From: the human T2T-CHM13v2.0 reference genome, Homo sapiens
Assembly: GCF_009914755.1 (NCBI RefSeq)
Contig: NC_060947.1
DNA length: 64,000 bases
Strand: one strand, 5' to 3'
A program made the translations under genes and the position numbers. The notes under the pieces are model-generated. The model saw nothing but the letters and a program-made list of their open reading frames with translations, was not told the origin of the DNA and searched no databases. Of this stretch, positions 1 to 13,640 are shown in pieces. Every line of letters begins with the position of its first letter. Position 1 is the first letter of the stretch.

Positions 1-367
1 AATCTTCCCTTGACACTCTATTGTGAGAAATATTCTTCAGAAGAGCAGAGAATTCAGTGCAGGTGGAAGCACTGGTTCTGTAATTCACACTTTTATCACC
101 CATTTCTTCACAGCCTAGGTCACTTAAGGACAAATATATGAACTTTAAGAAGCTAAGAGAGTTTTACTCAGTGATAGCTTTAGCTAGGCTTTGGGAATGG
201 TTTGAATTCTATTCCATGGGAATAGTGACAAGAATATCTTGGGCTTAAGCCACTTGTACAGTAGAAAATTCACTGTTTGGGGAGATGAACTAGCCATCAC
301 AGATTACTAGGGTACAATTATGGCCTGATGATAGTAACAAATTGTTCAAGAATGATAATAATAATAG

Positions 368-780
368 CTGGGGCAGAGACTATTAGCTATCCACCAAAAT
401 CTGTTTTCTTTTTCTTCCTTGGTAATGGAGTTATAGAAATCACATGACTGCTCAGCCAGAGAACACACTTTCCAGCCCCAGTTCAGGTAGGCAACTACGT
501 GCTCACCAATGGAAGCCTTAACACATCACAAGTATACTCCTAACACTTTTTCCCCTTTCTCCTTGCTAGAATTAGGATGTGGTAGGAATCGTTTCAAATA
601 CTCAGATGATAACAATGGTTTTAGAGGATGATGGAAGAACATGAAGAGATGAATCCTGGTCCCTGCATAGTGACAGACTGTGTGCAGCAGTGTCTGCTCA
701 CACCTCATGGACTGTTACATGAAACAATCTTTGTTGTGTCATTTCGTTACAGCAACTAAGCTTTTTACTCTAACAAATGT
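368..780 (+). mobile_element. MaLR solo LTR, MLT1J-like, degraded
   Basis: Resembles MLT1J-type LTRs: ggcagagactattagctatccaccaaaatc...ccagagaacacactttccagcc...accaatggaa, and a 3' end ggactgttacatga...gttacagcaactaagc...ctaacaaa. Boundaries approximate. Confidence 0.6.
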
Positions 781-1175
781 AGCTAATGCTTATTATATAC
801 CAGAGACTGTTTAAAGAGTTTATTACATGTGTCTGTTGCATCCATTCACTTGTGCCAAAGTACTCCTTGTACTGTAGGTCATAACTGAAATGGAACTTCT
901 CCACAAATCCTTTCCAATTTACCTTCAAGCTTCCACTGCACTTGAACTTATTTGCCCCTTTCTCAAAGGACTTCTGATTTTCTAACCTCATATTATAAGC
1001 CCTGTTTTTATATATCTTATTTCTTCTAGCAGAGCAAGCTTCCAGAGAGTAAGTTCATATCTTATTCTCCTGTGTAACCTGTAAAGTGCTGGTACTGTGC
1101 CTCTCTCAAGAAGTGCTTATTGACCGAGCGAAGGACTGGGACATTTGAGCTTCATGCTGTTTGTCTATAATCCAG

Positions 1176-1256
1176 TGTTGCAGCTGAATAAGCCTGGAGC
1201 AAGCACACATTTGTCATGGGCAACAGAAGCAGAAAAGAATCTAGGACCCAGAATCG
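1176..1256 (+). pseudogene. Candidate fossil exon (phase 1-1), xLQLNKPGASTHLSWATEAEKNLGPRI
   Basis: Acceptor gctgtttgtctataatccag, donor G|gtaaca, 81 nt open. The following intron would be only 64 nt, which is a weakness. Confidence 0.25.
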
Positions 1257-1320
1257 GTAACAGGTTGAATGCAAAAAACTTTTACCTACAATCCTGCTAT
1301 CTTATGTCTTATGTTTCCAG

Positions 1321-1427
1321 AATTTCATAGTAACCAAGAAGATATAGGAAAGTAATGGATGATAGCTGAAGAGCTTACATTCTACTTATGACCAAGTCCT
1401 AACTGGGTTGTGGGAAAACGCTCATTG
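1321..1427 (+). pseudogene. Candidate fossil exon (phase 1-0), EFHSNQEDIGK*WMIAEELTFYL*PSPNWVVGKRSL
   Basis: Good acceptor tcttatgtttccag, donor TTG|gtaaca, two in-frame stops. Phase fits both neighbours. Confidence 0.3.
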
Positions 1428-1935
1428 GTAACAACTTTTGTCCTCTTGCAAAGTCTTGCTAGAGTCAAATGCTAATAGGCTAAGTACTATTTTGAGTCTA
1501 ACACCTACACTGTTATACTAAGCTGCTTGCTTTTCTTTTACTTGTCTTCATATCTCACAACTATTCCTATAATATGGTAGACATCTACATGTTATATTTG
1601 GTACTAAAGGGCAATAGGCATTGGTAAAAACGGAAATTCAAGTGAAATTTTCAGAGAAATTAATTAGACGGATGTGTTATAACAGAGTCTGGCATGAGGC
1701 AGTGATCATTTGAGCTAAAGCTGATCCTCAAATAAATTATGTAGAAACAAATAAATATACTGACAAATTTGCACATGGGATCTTGGGCTGGGATTTATTA
1801 TTATTTTTTGCATATCATTCTAAATCAATGTAAAATAGGAAAATTGGAGCAAAGCAGACTACTTAAGTTTTTTTGTCTTTGTGTTTTGATATATCATTAT
1901 CATTAACATTTCTTAATTCCTTTTGCCCGGCAAAG

Positions 1936-2006
1936 GAGAAAATTAAAATACAGAAGTCGAAATACTAAAAAGTAGCTTTTAACTATGGACCCCAAAAGAG
2001 TAGTAT
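1936..2006 (+). pseudogene. Candidate fossil exon (phase 0-2), EKIKIQKSKY*KVAFNYGPQKSS
   Basis: Acceptor ttccttttgcccggcaaag, strong donor AT|gtgagt, one TAA. Confidence 0.35.
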
Positions 2007-2049
2007 GTGAGTATACTACTCTTATAGATTTAGTTTTTCCTCGTGAAAA

Positions 2050-2460
2050 AAATTTAAAATTTACAAAAGTAATATAGGTTTCACACACAAATTTAGAAAC
2101 AATATTAAAATGCTATACTAAAGATAAAATTTAGAAACAATATTAAAATGCTATACTAAAGATAAAATTCTGTAATGAATGAAAAAAAATCTTGTCATCC
2201 AGAGGTAACAATCATAAGCAATCATAATCATAACAATTGAGTGGATATTCTTCTCATTGATTTAAAACATAACTATGTTTTTCAAGAAATTATGATCATC
2301 ACATAGATACTGTTTTATTACCAGCTTTTTTCCACTTAACATATCATGAAAAACACCCCATGCCAGTTTTCTAAAGCATTTCAGCTAATACTGCATAATG
2401 CTGTATGGTATAGGTACACCATGATTTATTTAACCAGACCTACATTATAGGACTTCCTTC
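2050..2460 (-). mobile_element. Old L1M (L1ME-like) 3' fragment
   Basis: Contains ...cagaggtaacaatc...tgttttattaccagcttttttccacttaacatatcatg...accatgatttatttaacca, typical of antisense L1ME 3' regions. Confidence 0.55.
2089..2169. repeat. Perfect 38-bp tandem duplication
   Basis: aaatttagaaacaatattaaaatgctatactaaagata at 2089-2126 and 2127-2164, followed by aaatt. Confidence 0.95.
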
Positions 2461-2964
2461 CTTTCTTTATTTGTCTTCATGCCTTCACATTTATTTCATT
2501 TACATTTAACTGCACAAAATGTTAGGGTGAAATAGTTATCAATATTTAATAAAATATTTTATGAGGAATTTGCTTTTTTGACAAAATTTTTCCTAAAAAC
2601 TTTTAAGAGAAAATTGCAAACTCCAAACTGAAATCAGTTTGATTAACTGTCTGGTGACAGGAAAGGAAAAAAAGAAAAATAATTGCTGTTTATTTAACTC
2701 AGCTGATTAATGGTAAATGAAGCAAATGTCATGGATCTGTCAGCATCTATTTTTCTTAACTGCTCTATTCACTTTACACATTTTCTTTATGCACTTCATA
2801 GACAGCCACAAAAAGACAACACTAAGTGTGGTTAGTAGCCACCTGATGGAAGGAAGAACCAAACAGCTTAAGTAAAAGAAGGAGTGCCACATACATGCCT
2901 GTACTCAGGCAGTCTGCGATGAAAAGTGTGCTATACCTAATTCCCAATAATTTTATGATCTTTG

Positions 2965-3126
2965 CATCCAGCTTGAGAGGTAATAACATTTTCCATTTTA
3001 CAGATTAAAACACATTTAGTTTCCAAGATGTTAAACTGTCTAAGATCATATAGCTGGTAAAAGGCAGCAGCAAAATTGGAATCATGAGTGTTTGGCTTCA
3101 AAATCTAACCACTCTTAACCACTGCA
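2965..3126 (-). mobile_element. MIR SINE
   Basis: ccattttacagatt...aaactgtctaagatcatatagctggtaa...ggcttcaaaatctaaccactcttaaccac matches the antisense MIR core. Confidence 0.75.
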
Positions 3127-3547
3127 AAGTTGTTCTTACCATGTCCAGATAAAATCAGAGGAGGATATCATTTTGAATATTAAAAACACAATCCATATAC
3201 TGTGTAGTACTACTAATGTGCAATATTACTTCTTACCTTTTCACACTTTAATGTCAGATTCATGTTCCTCTTTAGGGTGGGATGTTGGCCAACTTGAGGA
3301 TTTCCAGAAATAAATTAACCCCACATCCTAAATCTTGCCTTACCAAAAATAAAATTTTAAAAAGGACAGAGATTTCTTCCTCATTACACAAAGGTAACTT
3401 ACACTGAAGTAAAAATGATGAAATGGGAACGTGACGAGACACAGGAAAGTAAGGAAAATAACATTATCTTATATATTGATTTTGGATTGTATGATATTCT
3501 ATTAGTAGAAATCAACAAATTTCTTTTTCATACATAAGCTGACTTTC

Positions 3548-3908
<361 letters not shown>

Positions 3909-4259
3909 TAAACAATTCAGATATGCTACTTCTGCACATTTTAAGTTTTAATCCTGTGGGCTATAATATCCATGATTGAAAATAAAGAAAAGAAGCAAGC
4001 ATTAATTATGCAAATGTTTTTCCTTTTGATTCTTTCTAATCCCCAATTAACCACTCTTTGCATTTAACTTATATATGTTTGCATAATATACTTTAAAAAT
4101 ATTATTTCAAACATGCATCGATACTTAATAGGTGATTCTTACTGTAAAGAAAGGGCCTTGTCTCCTTCAGAAGGGCCTGTGGTGTAGGATGTAGCCGTCA
4201 GGTGTGCCATTGAGTTTACATTAGTTTGAAAATTATTCAAAGAAAGAAATGGTAATTAT

Positions 4260-5200
4260 GCTCACCAAATTAACACAGTTAAAAAAATAAAATTCAGTGC
4301 TGGTGAAAGTGAGTAATAGGTCCTCTCATACACTATCGGTTGTAACATAATTTAGTTAAGTTTTTCTGTAAATTAATTTGAAACCATATAGCAGAAAATT
4401 TTTAAATGTCTATTCTGTCTGACCTATTATTTTACTGCTGGAAGCTCTACTGCTGAAATAATTTGAAATGTAGGCAAAGATACATGCAAGAAGTGCTCAA
4501 TGTAGAATTATTTAGAGCCTGGGCACAGTGGCTCAAAACTGTAATCCCAGCACTTTGGGAGGCCTAGGTGGGCAGATCGCTTGAACCCAGGAGTTCGAGA
4601 CCAGCCTGAGCAACATGGAGAAACCCGTCTCTATTAAAAATTGAAAAATTAGCCTGGCGTGTTGGCAGACACCTGTATTTCTAGCTACTCAAGAGGCTGA
4701 GGTGAGAAAATCACCTGAGCCAGGGATATCAAGGCTATAGTGAGCTGTGATGGTGCCACTGCAATCTAGCCTGGGTAACAGAGTGAGACCCTGTCTCAAA
4801 AAAAAAAAAAAATTATTTAGAGTGCCAAAAAATTGAAGACACCCTAAATATCCACTGTTAGGGGAATATTTAAGTAAATTATGAGCCATAATAGAGTCAT
4901 TAAAATGATTTCCAAAAAATTATTTACAGATGTTAGAACTTACATGTGGCAAGTGTTAAACGAAAGGCAAGATGTAACATTACATAAATAATATGATCCA
5001 AATTATGTAAAAAATTCAGAAATCTGCAAGCAAATAAGCCAAAATGTTAGCAGTTGTTCTTTCTGGGTTGTGACAGAATAGTTTCCCCCCTTGCATTTTT
5101 ATATTTTTCTGTACTTTTGAAATGCACTTGTCTGTACTTTCTACATTTTCTAAAATGATCATCTATTTTCTCAAAAATTAGGAAAAATAACATTTAAAAA
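4260..5200 (+). mobile_element. Old L1M fragment interrupted by an Alu
   Basis: cagtgctggtgaaagtgagtaataggtcctctcatacact...gcaaagatacatgcaagaagtgctcaatgtag, resuming after the Alu with aaaaaattgaagacaccctaaatatccac. Confidence 0.6.
4517..4810 (+). mobile_element. Alu (AluJ-type)
   Basis: Full dimer with poly-A. TSD aattatttagag at 4506-4517 and 4811-4822. J-like gatcgcttgaacccaggagttcgag. Confidence 0.97.
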
Positions 5201-5337
5201 TGACTTGACATCAACAGTTTAGAATCTGAGTTTTATTAACAGGACCAATATTTGGGAAGGTCACACTTTTTGCTCACTTCCTCATCCCTTGGTTGTTTCT
5301 TCCATTACTGGTGTTTAAAAAAAAATGTTTCTAATAG

Positions 5338-5737
<400 letters not shown>

Positions 5738-6099
5738 GGTTTTTAAAATTTTTTATCAAGCCTACCTGGATTACTTTCACTTTTCTAGCTGAGACATTTG
5801 CAGGTACTCAATAAGGAAGTGTAAATACTGCTCAAGCAGCCCCACAACAAAGGGGCTTCTCATGCTAAACCTGGCAGGGAGTGAAAATGCCTTTATTTTG
5901 CAGTGAAGTGAATCTGAGGAAATCCTGTGTGAAAATTTTGCTTGAGGGCCCTAAACAAAACACAGATATTTGGCTTCTATCCAAGGTCTGTGACCTTCCC
6001 TGTGGTCAAGGTTCACATTATTATTTTTTTTTATATGGAGGAAGCCCTGAATATGGGATTGCCACCAAAGTCAATAAAAATATCTTCTGCTTTTGAAAG

Positions 6100-6244
6100 A
6101 AGTGTCAATCGGATAAGCAGCGTGTACCCTTATTATTCCAAGAAGAGCATAGTTATAATGCCAAGTCAGAGCTTCATAGCTTTACTGCATAAAGAAATTA
6201 ACATACAACTTAAAATACCTTTGGCCTGAGTTAACTATTCACAG
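6100..6244 (+). pseudogene. Candidate fossil exon, KCQSDKQRVPLLFQEEHSYNAKSELHSFTA* (3' part uncertain)
   Basis: Acceptor tcttctgcttttgaaag, 30 open codons in phase 0, putative donor CAG|gttttc. Confidence 0.3.
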
Positions 6245-7193
6245 GTTTTCCCTCTTTAAGAAAACTCAATATATTTAACACAGGCTTAAAGAATAAATAA
6301 AAAGAGGTAAATTATTATTTACACTGCAGGTCAATCCTTTATATGTATATATTTCAACAGAAGACAACCTTTAAAATATGAAGGGCCCCAGTGCTACAAT
6401 TTTCAGATGACATAAGGAAAGTAGAGAATTAAAACTTATGATAAACAATCAGGAGTCATGGCCAATTTAAGAGTAATCAGAAAGAAATGTAACAGATGTT
6501 AAAACTGAATATAAAAAAATTTAAAAACAGGTTTTAACAAACATTTACAGTTTTTCAACAATGTTTTCATTTCTAACAGTAAATGATCTTAATCTAGGGT
6601 TAGTTTCAGAAATACCACAATCCTTCTGCTCTGATATTAATACCTAAGTATTTATAATAGTCATAGGATACATGAGAATATCATCTTATTGAAACACATT
6701 TCTTTACAATTCTTAGATCTATTTGGCACAAGCACGGATAATAGCAGTGCCCGCTCTATGCTATACTCCTAGTATAGTTGTTATTATATTGTTTTAGCCA
6801 CAACTAAATAAAACATAAATTTATTTTCTAGTGAGCATTTGCAGTTTATGAGTCAAGAACTCTCTGAGAAGATAATTTCATGTACTTTCCACCTGCCCTT
6901 TTATCAACATTAAACAAACAGTATGTTTTACCACAACTCATTTCTGACATTAACAGTTGCTTTTATTTCTCTGCCAACCTCAGCCTTGTCAGCAGGACTT
7001 CAGTGTGACAGCAATGGCAGCTCATGCCAATTAGATCCTTTTCAAATAAATTTCTTTTTAGCACTGTACACATTTGAATAGATCAAAAAATGTAAAAAAT
7101 CATTATTAAAGCGGCTGAGGGCAAGGAACTAATCCATCCTGTATATGCCTGTATCTCTCCTTATTTAACAACACTGACTTCCAGCTAAACACA

Positions 7194-7225
7194 AGAAAGA
7201 AAGAAAGAAAACAAAAGAAAGAAAG
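7194..7225. repeat. (GAAA)n-like simple repeat
   Basis: agaaagaaagaaagaaaacaaaagaaagaaag. Confidence 0.8.
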
Positions 7226-7717
7226 ATGCAAAATGCATCCTGAGTGTAAGTTCTTTGGTAGTTTGAAACACACCACTATATTTATATGTTCTTTGGAAAC
7301 GATATTGATGATTAGAGTATATTTCCAGGACTTGAATTAATAACAAGTGGTAGAACTCATTTTTTCATGAATTATTATGGAAGTAGTAGATGGGAAATTT
7401 TTGTCCTGAGGATTTCACCCACACTCTTCCCACACACATATGTACAAATCCTCTAAAAAATGGCTTCAAGAAAGTCTCCCCTCTCTTTTATTTAACAAGG
7501 CAGCTATGCAGCCTGCCATCCTGGGCTAACAGCCAGAAGAAGATTATGGCAAAAATAATCACCTTTGCAACATTAAGGAAAACATGAAACTGGCACTATG
7601 ATTCAGGGGCTTATTTCTTTCCCTCTAAATATGATAACACTTTTAAATTTTTATTTGGGAAATGGTTTTCTGCAAGATGTATCTAAAAAAAAGAGTTGTT
7701 TTCTTTTCAACAAATAG

Positions 7718-7882
7718 CTAGAGGTGCTGAGAGATTTCCTGTTAAAACTGTGTAAGGCATTTGACTACTTAAAAGGGAATTTAGTGCTGATGAAAGATGC
7801 CAGTTTGACAGTCACGGAAAATGAAGGAAGCATTCTTTATTCCCAGAGCACGTCATCTCAAAATGAGGAATCATCTCTTATG
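7718..7882 (+). pseudogene. Candidate exon (phase 0-0, 55 codons, no stop), LEVLRDFLLKLCKAFDYLKGNLVLMKDASLTVTENEGSILYSQSTSSQNEESSLM
   Basis: Acceptor gttttcttttcaacaaatag, donor ATG|gttaag. Same frame as ORF 7724..8026, amphipathic-helix-like N-terminal half, unique sequence. Confidence 0.5.
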
Positions 7883-8939
7883 GTTAAGAGGGTCACACCC
7901 TATTTTTTAATATTCGTTGGGAGTACACACATGCTAGATGATGGAAAGATACACATGAAACACACTCTGTGTCCTCTAAGATATTACATTCTTCAAGCCA
8001 CCATATTCCTCATCTCAGGGGCATAGTATACATAGACTAGTGGCCTCTACTTTAAAAGGGACCAAGGCAACAAAAGGTAGTGGGTGAGAGATTCAAATGA
8101 AGGACAAAAGAGAGCTTAGTTTGGACAACTTCACTATTTCCTGTAAGTGTTCTCACTCTAAACTTAAAAGTTAGACCTGCTTAGGCTCTTAGTTGTATGT
8201 TATCTGTATTTATAATCTGTGGGCAATATTCATCACAAACCCTATCTACGTCTACCCCATCCCTCCCAAAATTAAAACATCTTCATAAATATTTATTCAT
8301 TGTGTGCCTTTTGATAGTTCATAAAACCTGGGAAAAATTATTCAGCCCCCGTACCTCAAACATAGTACTATCGGTGGCACTTGGGACACCTGTGTAGTTA
8401 GGTGGTCCCGGCTTAGTGTAAACTAAGAGTGGGCATGGGGAAATATAACATCTCCCAGGGGAGTTTATTTGCATTAGTTAATTGAATAGAAAGTAGCAGG
8501 AAGAGGTGTTTGAGGACATGTGTCATATGCAAATTTGTGGTGGGAAATGTGTGGGGCTAGAAATGAAGAAATAAGGACGTGGCTTGGCATGACACATGTC
8601 CTCTGCCTGGCTCCCTGAGTCCATACATTGATAAGTGCAGCTGACAAAGGTTGAAGGAGTTCATGAAGAAAGGAGCATAAGTGGTGCTGCTTCAGAAACT
8701 GAGCGAAAACATTTGACACAGAACAGGGGAGAGGGGCAGTCTCCCCATTTCTGCCTGGTACATAGTATGGCTCTGGCAACACAGTGAGAACTGAGAAGCA
8801 GTAGCAACGTCGTGCATTGAGAGATGGGTGGCTTTGGGAGTCCTGAATAGGAAAGGGTTCACTCAAAGAGGGTATCATTAGTTATGGCAATGGCCACCTG
8901 GATTTCTTGCCATGTAGTGATCATCAACATAATTTTTAG

Positions 8940-9073
8940 AATGGAAATCATGAAAAGATTGATCTTGAACATGTGAGATACTTGGTGATCTCAGAAATAA
9001 TTGGGTCGACTCAGGTTGCAAGAGGCTGTGATCCTGCAAATTGCAGGGGAAAGACTGTTTACTGGGATGCTAG
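8940..9073 (+). pseudogene. Candidate exon (phase 0-2, no stop), NGNHEKIDLEHVRYLVISEIIGSTQVARGCDPANCRGKTVYWDA
   Basis: Acceptor aatttttag, consensus donor AG|gtaagt. 134 nt open in the phase set by the upstream exon. Confidence 0.55.
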
Positions 9074-10779
9074 GTAAGTCTGCGTGTGAACTCATTTGTT
9101 CCCAAATTAATGAAGGGCTATGGTATTCGTATAATGAAGAAAAAAAATCAAAGCTTTTTCTAAACAGGTTGTGGAGCCTATCTACCACCATTCCCACCTC
9201 TTATACACACAAAGATTTTTACAAAGTTTGGACACTGAACTCCACAAAACCTCTGCAGGGGGGCTAAGAGCATCACATATATGTCATAAGCCACTGGAGT
9301 TCCATGCTGGCTTTTGTTTGCTTATGTTCCACGTTTTTAGGTATTTTCGTTTTTAGCTCCTGGGGGTAATGGGCTGTGATGATTTAGTGCAGGGCCAGTC
9401 CAGAGTTGTTTTTGCCTTAGTCAAGGACAATTTTTGAAGATCTGCATTTCCCTTGTCTTTTTACCTTATCCCGAAAGCAACACTCTCACGACTTTATTTT
9501 CTGTGTCTTGAGTGCTCTATCTCTGGAGAGTGTTTCTTTAGTTTCACAACCCACTGCACCCTTCCTCTTTCCCTAGCCTAAATTTCTTCTCAGGGCTCAA
9601 ACTAAGAGCTTCCTAGGCATCCTCTCTCTCTGAATCTCTTACTCAAAAGTTCTGAACAAAACCTCGAGCACCTGAAAGTTCAGCTGATTTAAGGGAGCTC
9701 ATTGTACAAGCATCCCACGGGCTGCACTAAATATTGAAGCATGTATGTGTGTGATGAGAAACGGTACTCAATGACTCTTGCAAATTTGGAAGCGGCTTCT
9801 TTTTCATTATTTTATTTTATTCATTAGCAAACAGAAGACTGAGACTTTAACAAACTTTGTACCAGCAAAATGGTGTTATGTAAGGAAATTCACTCACTGT
9901 TTATCCAATGGTCCAGAGAAAAAGCAAGTTTACAGTCTATTAAGGCATGATGAAGAAGAACTTCGGAATTATCTTTAAAACAGAGTGGTACTTCAAGGAT
10001 TCTAAACCTTGGAAGTACTTTAATAGAGGATCTGCTGCTGTTTCCAAACAATGAAACCCAAAGTTGACATCCTGAGAACTAATAACGTAACACGTTACTC
10101 TCAAACTTCAAATGTCCTGGCATTTATTGCATTATTAAAATTGTGCCCTCTGTGAAGTCAACTGAGTATAGTGTGGACAAAAAAAAAAGAAAACATTAAA
10201 ATAGGTCATGGTATGGCAGCAGTCAATGACTTTCTACCCTCTCCAAATATATGTTTGTCTCAGAGAAATATTTCACCGACTAGCACTTTGTCACGGGGCT
10301 CGCTTCTCATTACCATTTCAAATGTGCTTTCTGTGCTCTGAGGTACCTCTCGGCTGCTCTAGGGCTTTGCCGAGACACTAAAAAGTTTAGTTGCAGTGCA
10401 TAATATACAATGCAAGTTACTAGTATGAATTTTTAACAGTGTTTTGTTTTATCACATCCCAGAGTCCCTCGAGATACAAGAAGTGGGGGAGGCCTTATTT
10501 ATTTATTTATCCCTCCTCCCCCTCTTTTAATGCAACTCTTGCCATTGCCGTGGGTGTATGTTCATAACAAAAACTTAAACAAAATTTGGGCAAATGAAAA
10601 CATATGCATCTTAAGGCAATTGTCAAAACAAAAATAACTGCCTGTATGAAGGCTTTAGTAGAGGCAAAATGAGATAAATAAATATTGTTAAGGGAATCAT
10701 AATTATATCTGAATAGACCAGTGTTGTGTAATGTTCAATATAGTGTCAGTTTCTTAGCCAGCAAAAGTTAGAGGTTAGT

Positions 10780-11330
<551 letters not shown>

Positions 11331-11636
11331 GGTCATTAGTCGATGTAAGAGGAAAACAAATGGTTGCGTGCATTTTGACCATTAAGGCACATCTTTTTTT
11401 AATAAAAAATAACTAAAAAGAGCCAAAGGAAGGTTCAATGGAAATTATGTCCTGTAATGACAGGTGGAAATTAACAAAAGCCAACAGCTAAAAGTTAGGT
11501 ATGCAGTATAAGTTAAACTGAGAGATTTATACAGGAGAAAGTTGAACTTCTAAACATAAGCTAAATCAGTTCAAGAGGTGTTTACTAACATTCTTTAATG
11601 ATGGATCTACAATTGGTTATCAAATGATCCCTCTAG

Positions 11637-11722
11637 CTCTGTAGAAGCATTTCGTGGAAAATCACCACCATACTTTCAAAAAGTTTCTGCCCAGAAAGAT
11701 AATGAGTTGAGTGAACAACAAG
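11637..11722 (+). pseudogene. Candidate exon (phase 2-1, no stop), (S)SVEAFRGKSPPYFQKVSAQKDNELSEQQ
   Basis: Perfect branch point TACTAAC at 11583-11589, no AG until the acceptor ctctag ending at 11636, donor AAG|gtaggt. In frame with 8940-9073. Confidence 0.55.
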
Positions 11723-12346
11723 GTAGGTTTTGTGCAGCAATGCTTACGTTCTTTGCAAGATACTGGAGCCATAGTGTTAACTGAACATAATGGACTCTGT
11801 AGTCCATTTCAGCTTTAGCATCCTATGATTTTTTGACTCATTATATTTCTCATATTTTATTACATTACTTGCATCCTTGAAATCGTTCATTAGCTTTCAG
11901 TTAGAACCTACAAAGAGTAACTCCTAACCTCCAACTGTCTCATTAACCTTGCTTAGCTTTTCTTTTTTCCCTAGTTCTCTACCTCACAGTCACAGCTTCT
12001 CCTCCTATTTCTAAACCATATCCCCAAATATAAATAAGTACACAAATAATATTGTATACTTTTTCTCTTATTACTGAGAAACAAGCCATTTATATCACTC
12101 TTCAACTTATCAGGGGCTTTGGCTGCCACTGACCACTTTATCTGAAGGGAAATTATGGGAGTTACTGTAGATTATGTCCTTTCTATCAACCCCTGCATAT
12201 AAGTGGTCACCAATCTCGTATATCGGACCATCATAATAGCATGCTAAATACACACTCATGTCAGGGACTGTGCCACATCACTGTAGCCTCAAGGAAGTTA
12301 ATAACTTGCTAAAGCCACAGAGATAGATAGTAAATGGTATTGCTGG

Positions 12347-13092
<746 letters not shown>

Positions 13093-13199
13093 CTGGAATT
13101 AAAAGTTATTTCTGGGAGACTCTAAAGTTCATGCTCACACTGGTGATGCAGCTTCTCCCCCGTCATCTTGTTTCATCTTCCACAATTTTAGTAAACCAA

Positions 13200-13640
13200 T
13201 ATTTCTCATTTGAGCCAATGAAATAACCTCTTAATCAACTACCTTGTCTCCAGATTTAACCATTCCTCAATCAATCTTTATTTCAGGATGCTGTTAGATT
13301 TAGCTTGCTGAAATGCAAATGTAATCATGTCACTTATATGCTCCCCACTGCCTTCAGAAGAAAGTCTGAATTCTACAGATAATATAAGAGGGCCCTTCAT
13401 AAAGTGGTCTCTGCCTACTTCTCTGCCCTCAACTCCCCAACAGGCACCTTTCACTCTGGTTAAACTAAACTAGCCTTAGTTTCTTCAATAATTCCACGCT
13501 CTCTCATGCCTCTGGGTTTTTGCATATGTGATTCCCACTGCCTGAAAAGGTCAACCTCATTTTGTGACCTGGCCAACTTCTGTCTGTCCTTTAAAACTTC
13601 TCAGCACACAGGAGGTACTCAGTAGACATCTTTTGACTAA
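13200..13640 (+). mobile_element. L2 LINE 3' fragment
   Basis: tgaaatgcaaatgtaatcatgtcac...ccccactgccttcagaagaaagtc...tttgcatatgtgattcccactgcctg, typical L2 3' region. Confidence 0.75.

Noticed and set aside
2089-2169. 38-bp direct repeat as a possible CRISPR-like array
   Set aside because: Two adjacent copies with no spacer, in eukaryotic DNA with no cas genes.
6100-6301. Terminal exon with stop followed by AATAAA near 6292
   Set aside because: AATAAA is frequent in this AT-rich DNA and exon-like segments continue downstream, so a gene end is not supported.
7500-7610. Strong acceptor-like site (ctctcttttatttaacaag) with a short open frame
   Set aside because: No usable GT donor far enough before the 7718 acceptor.
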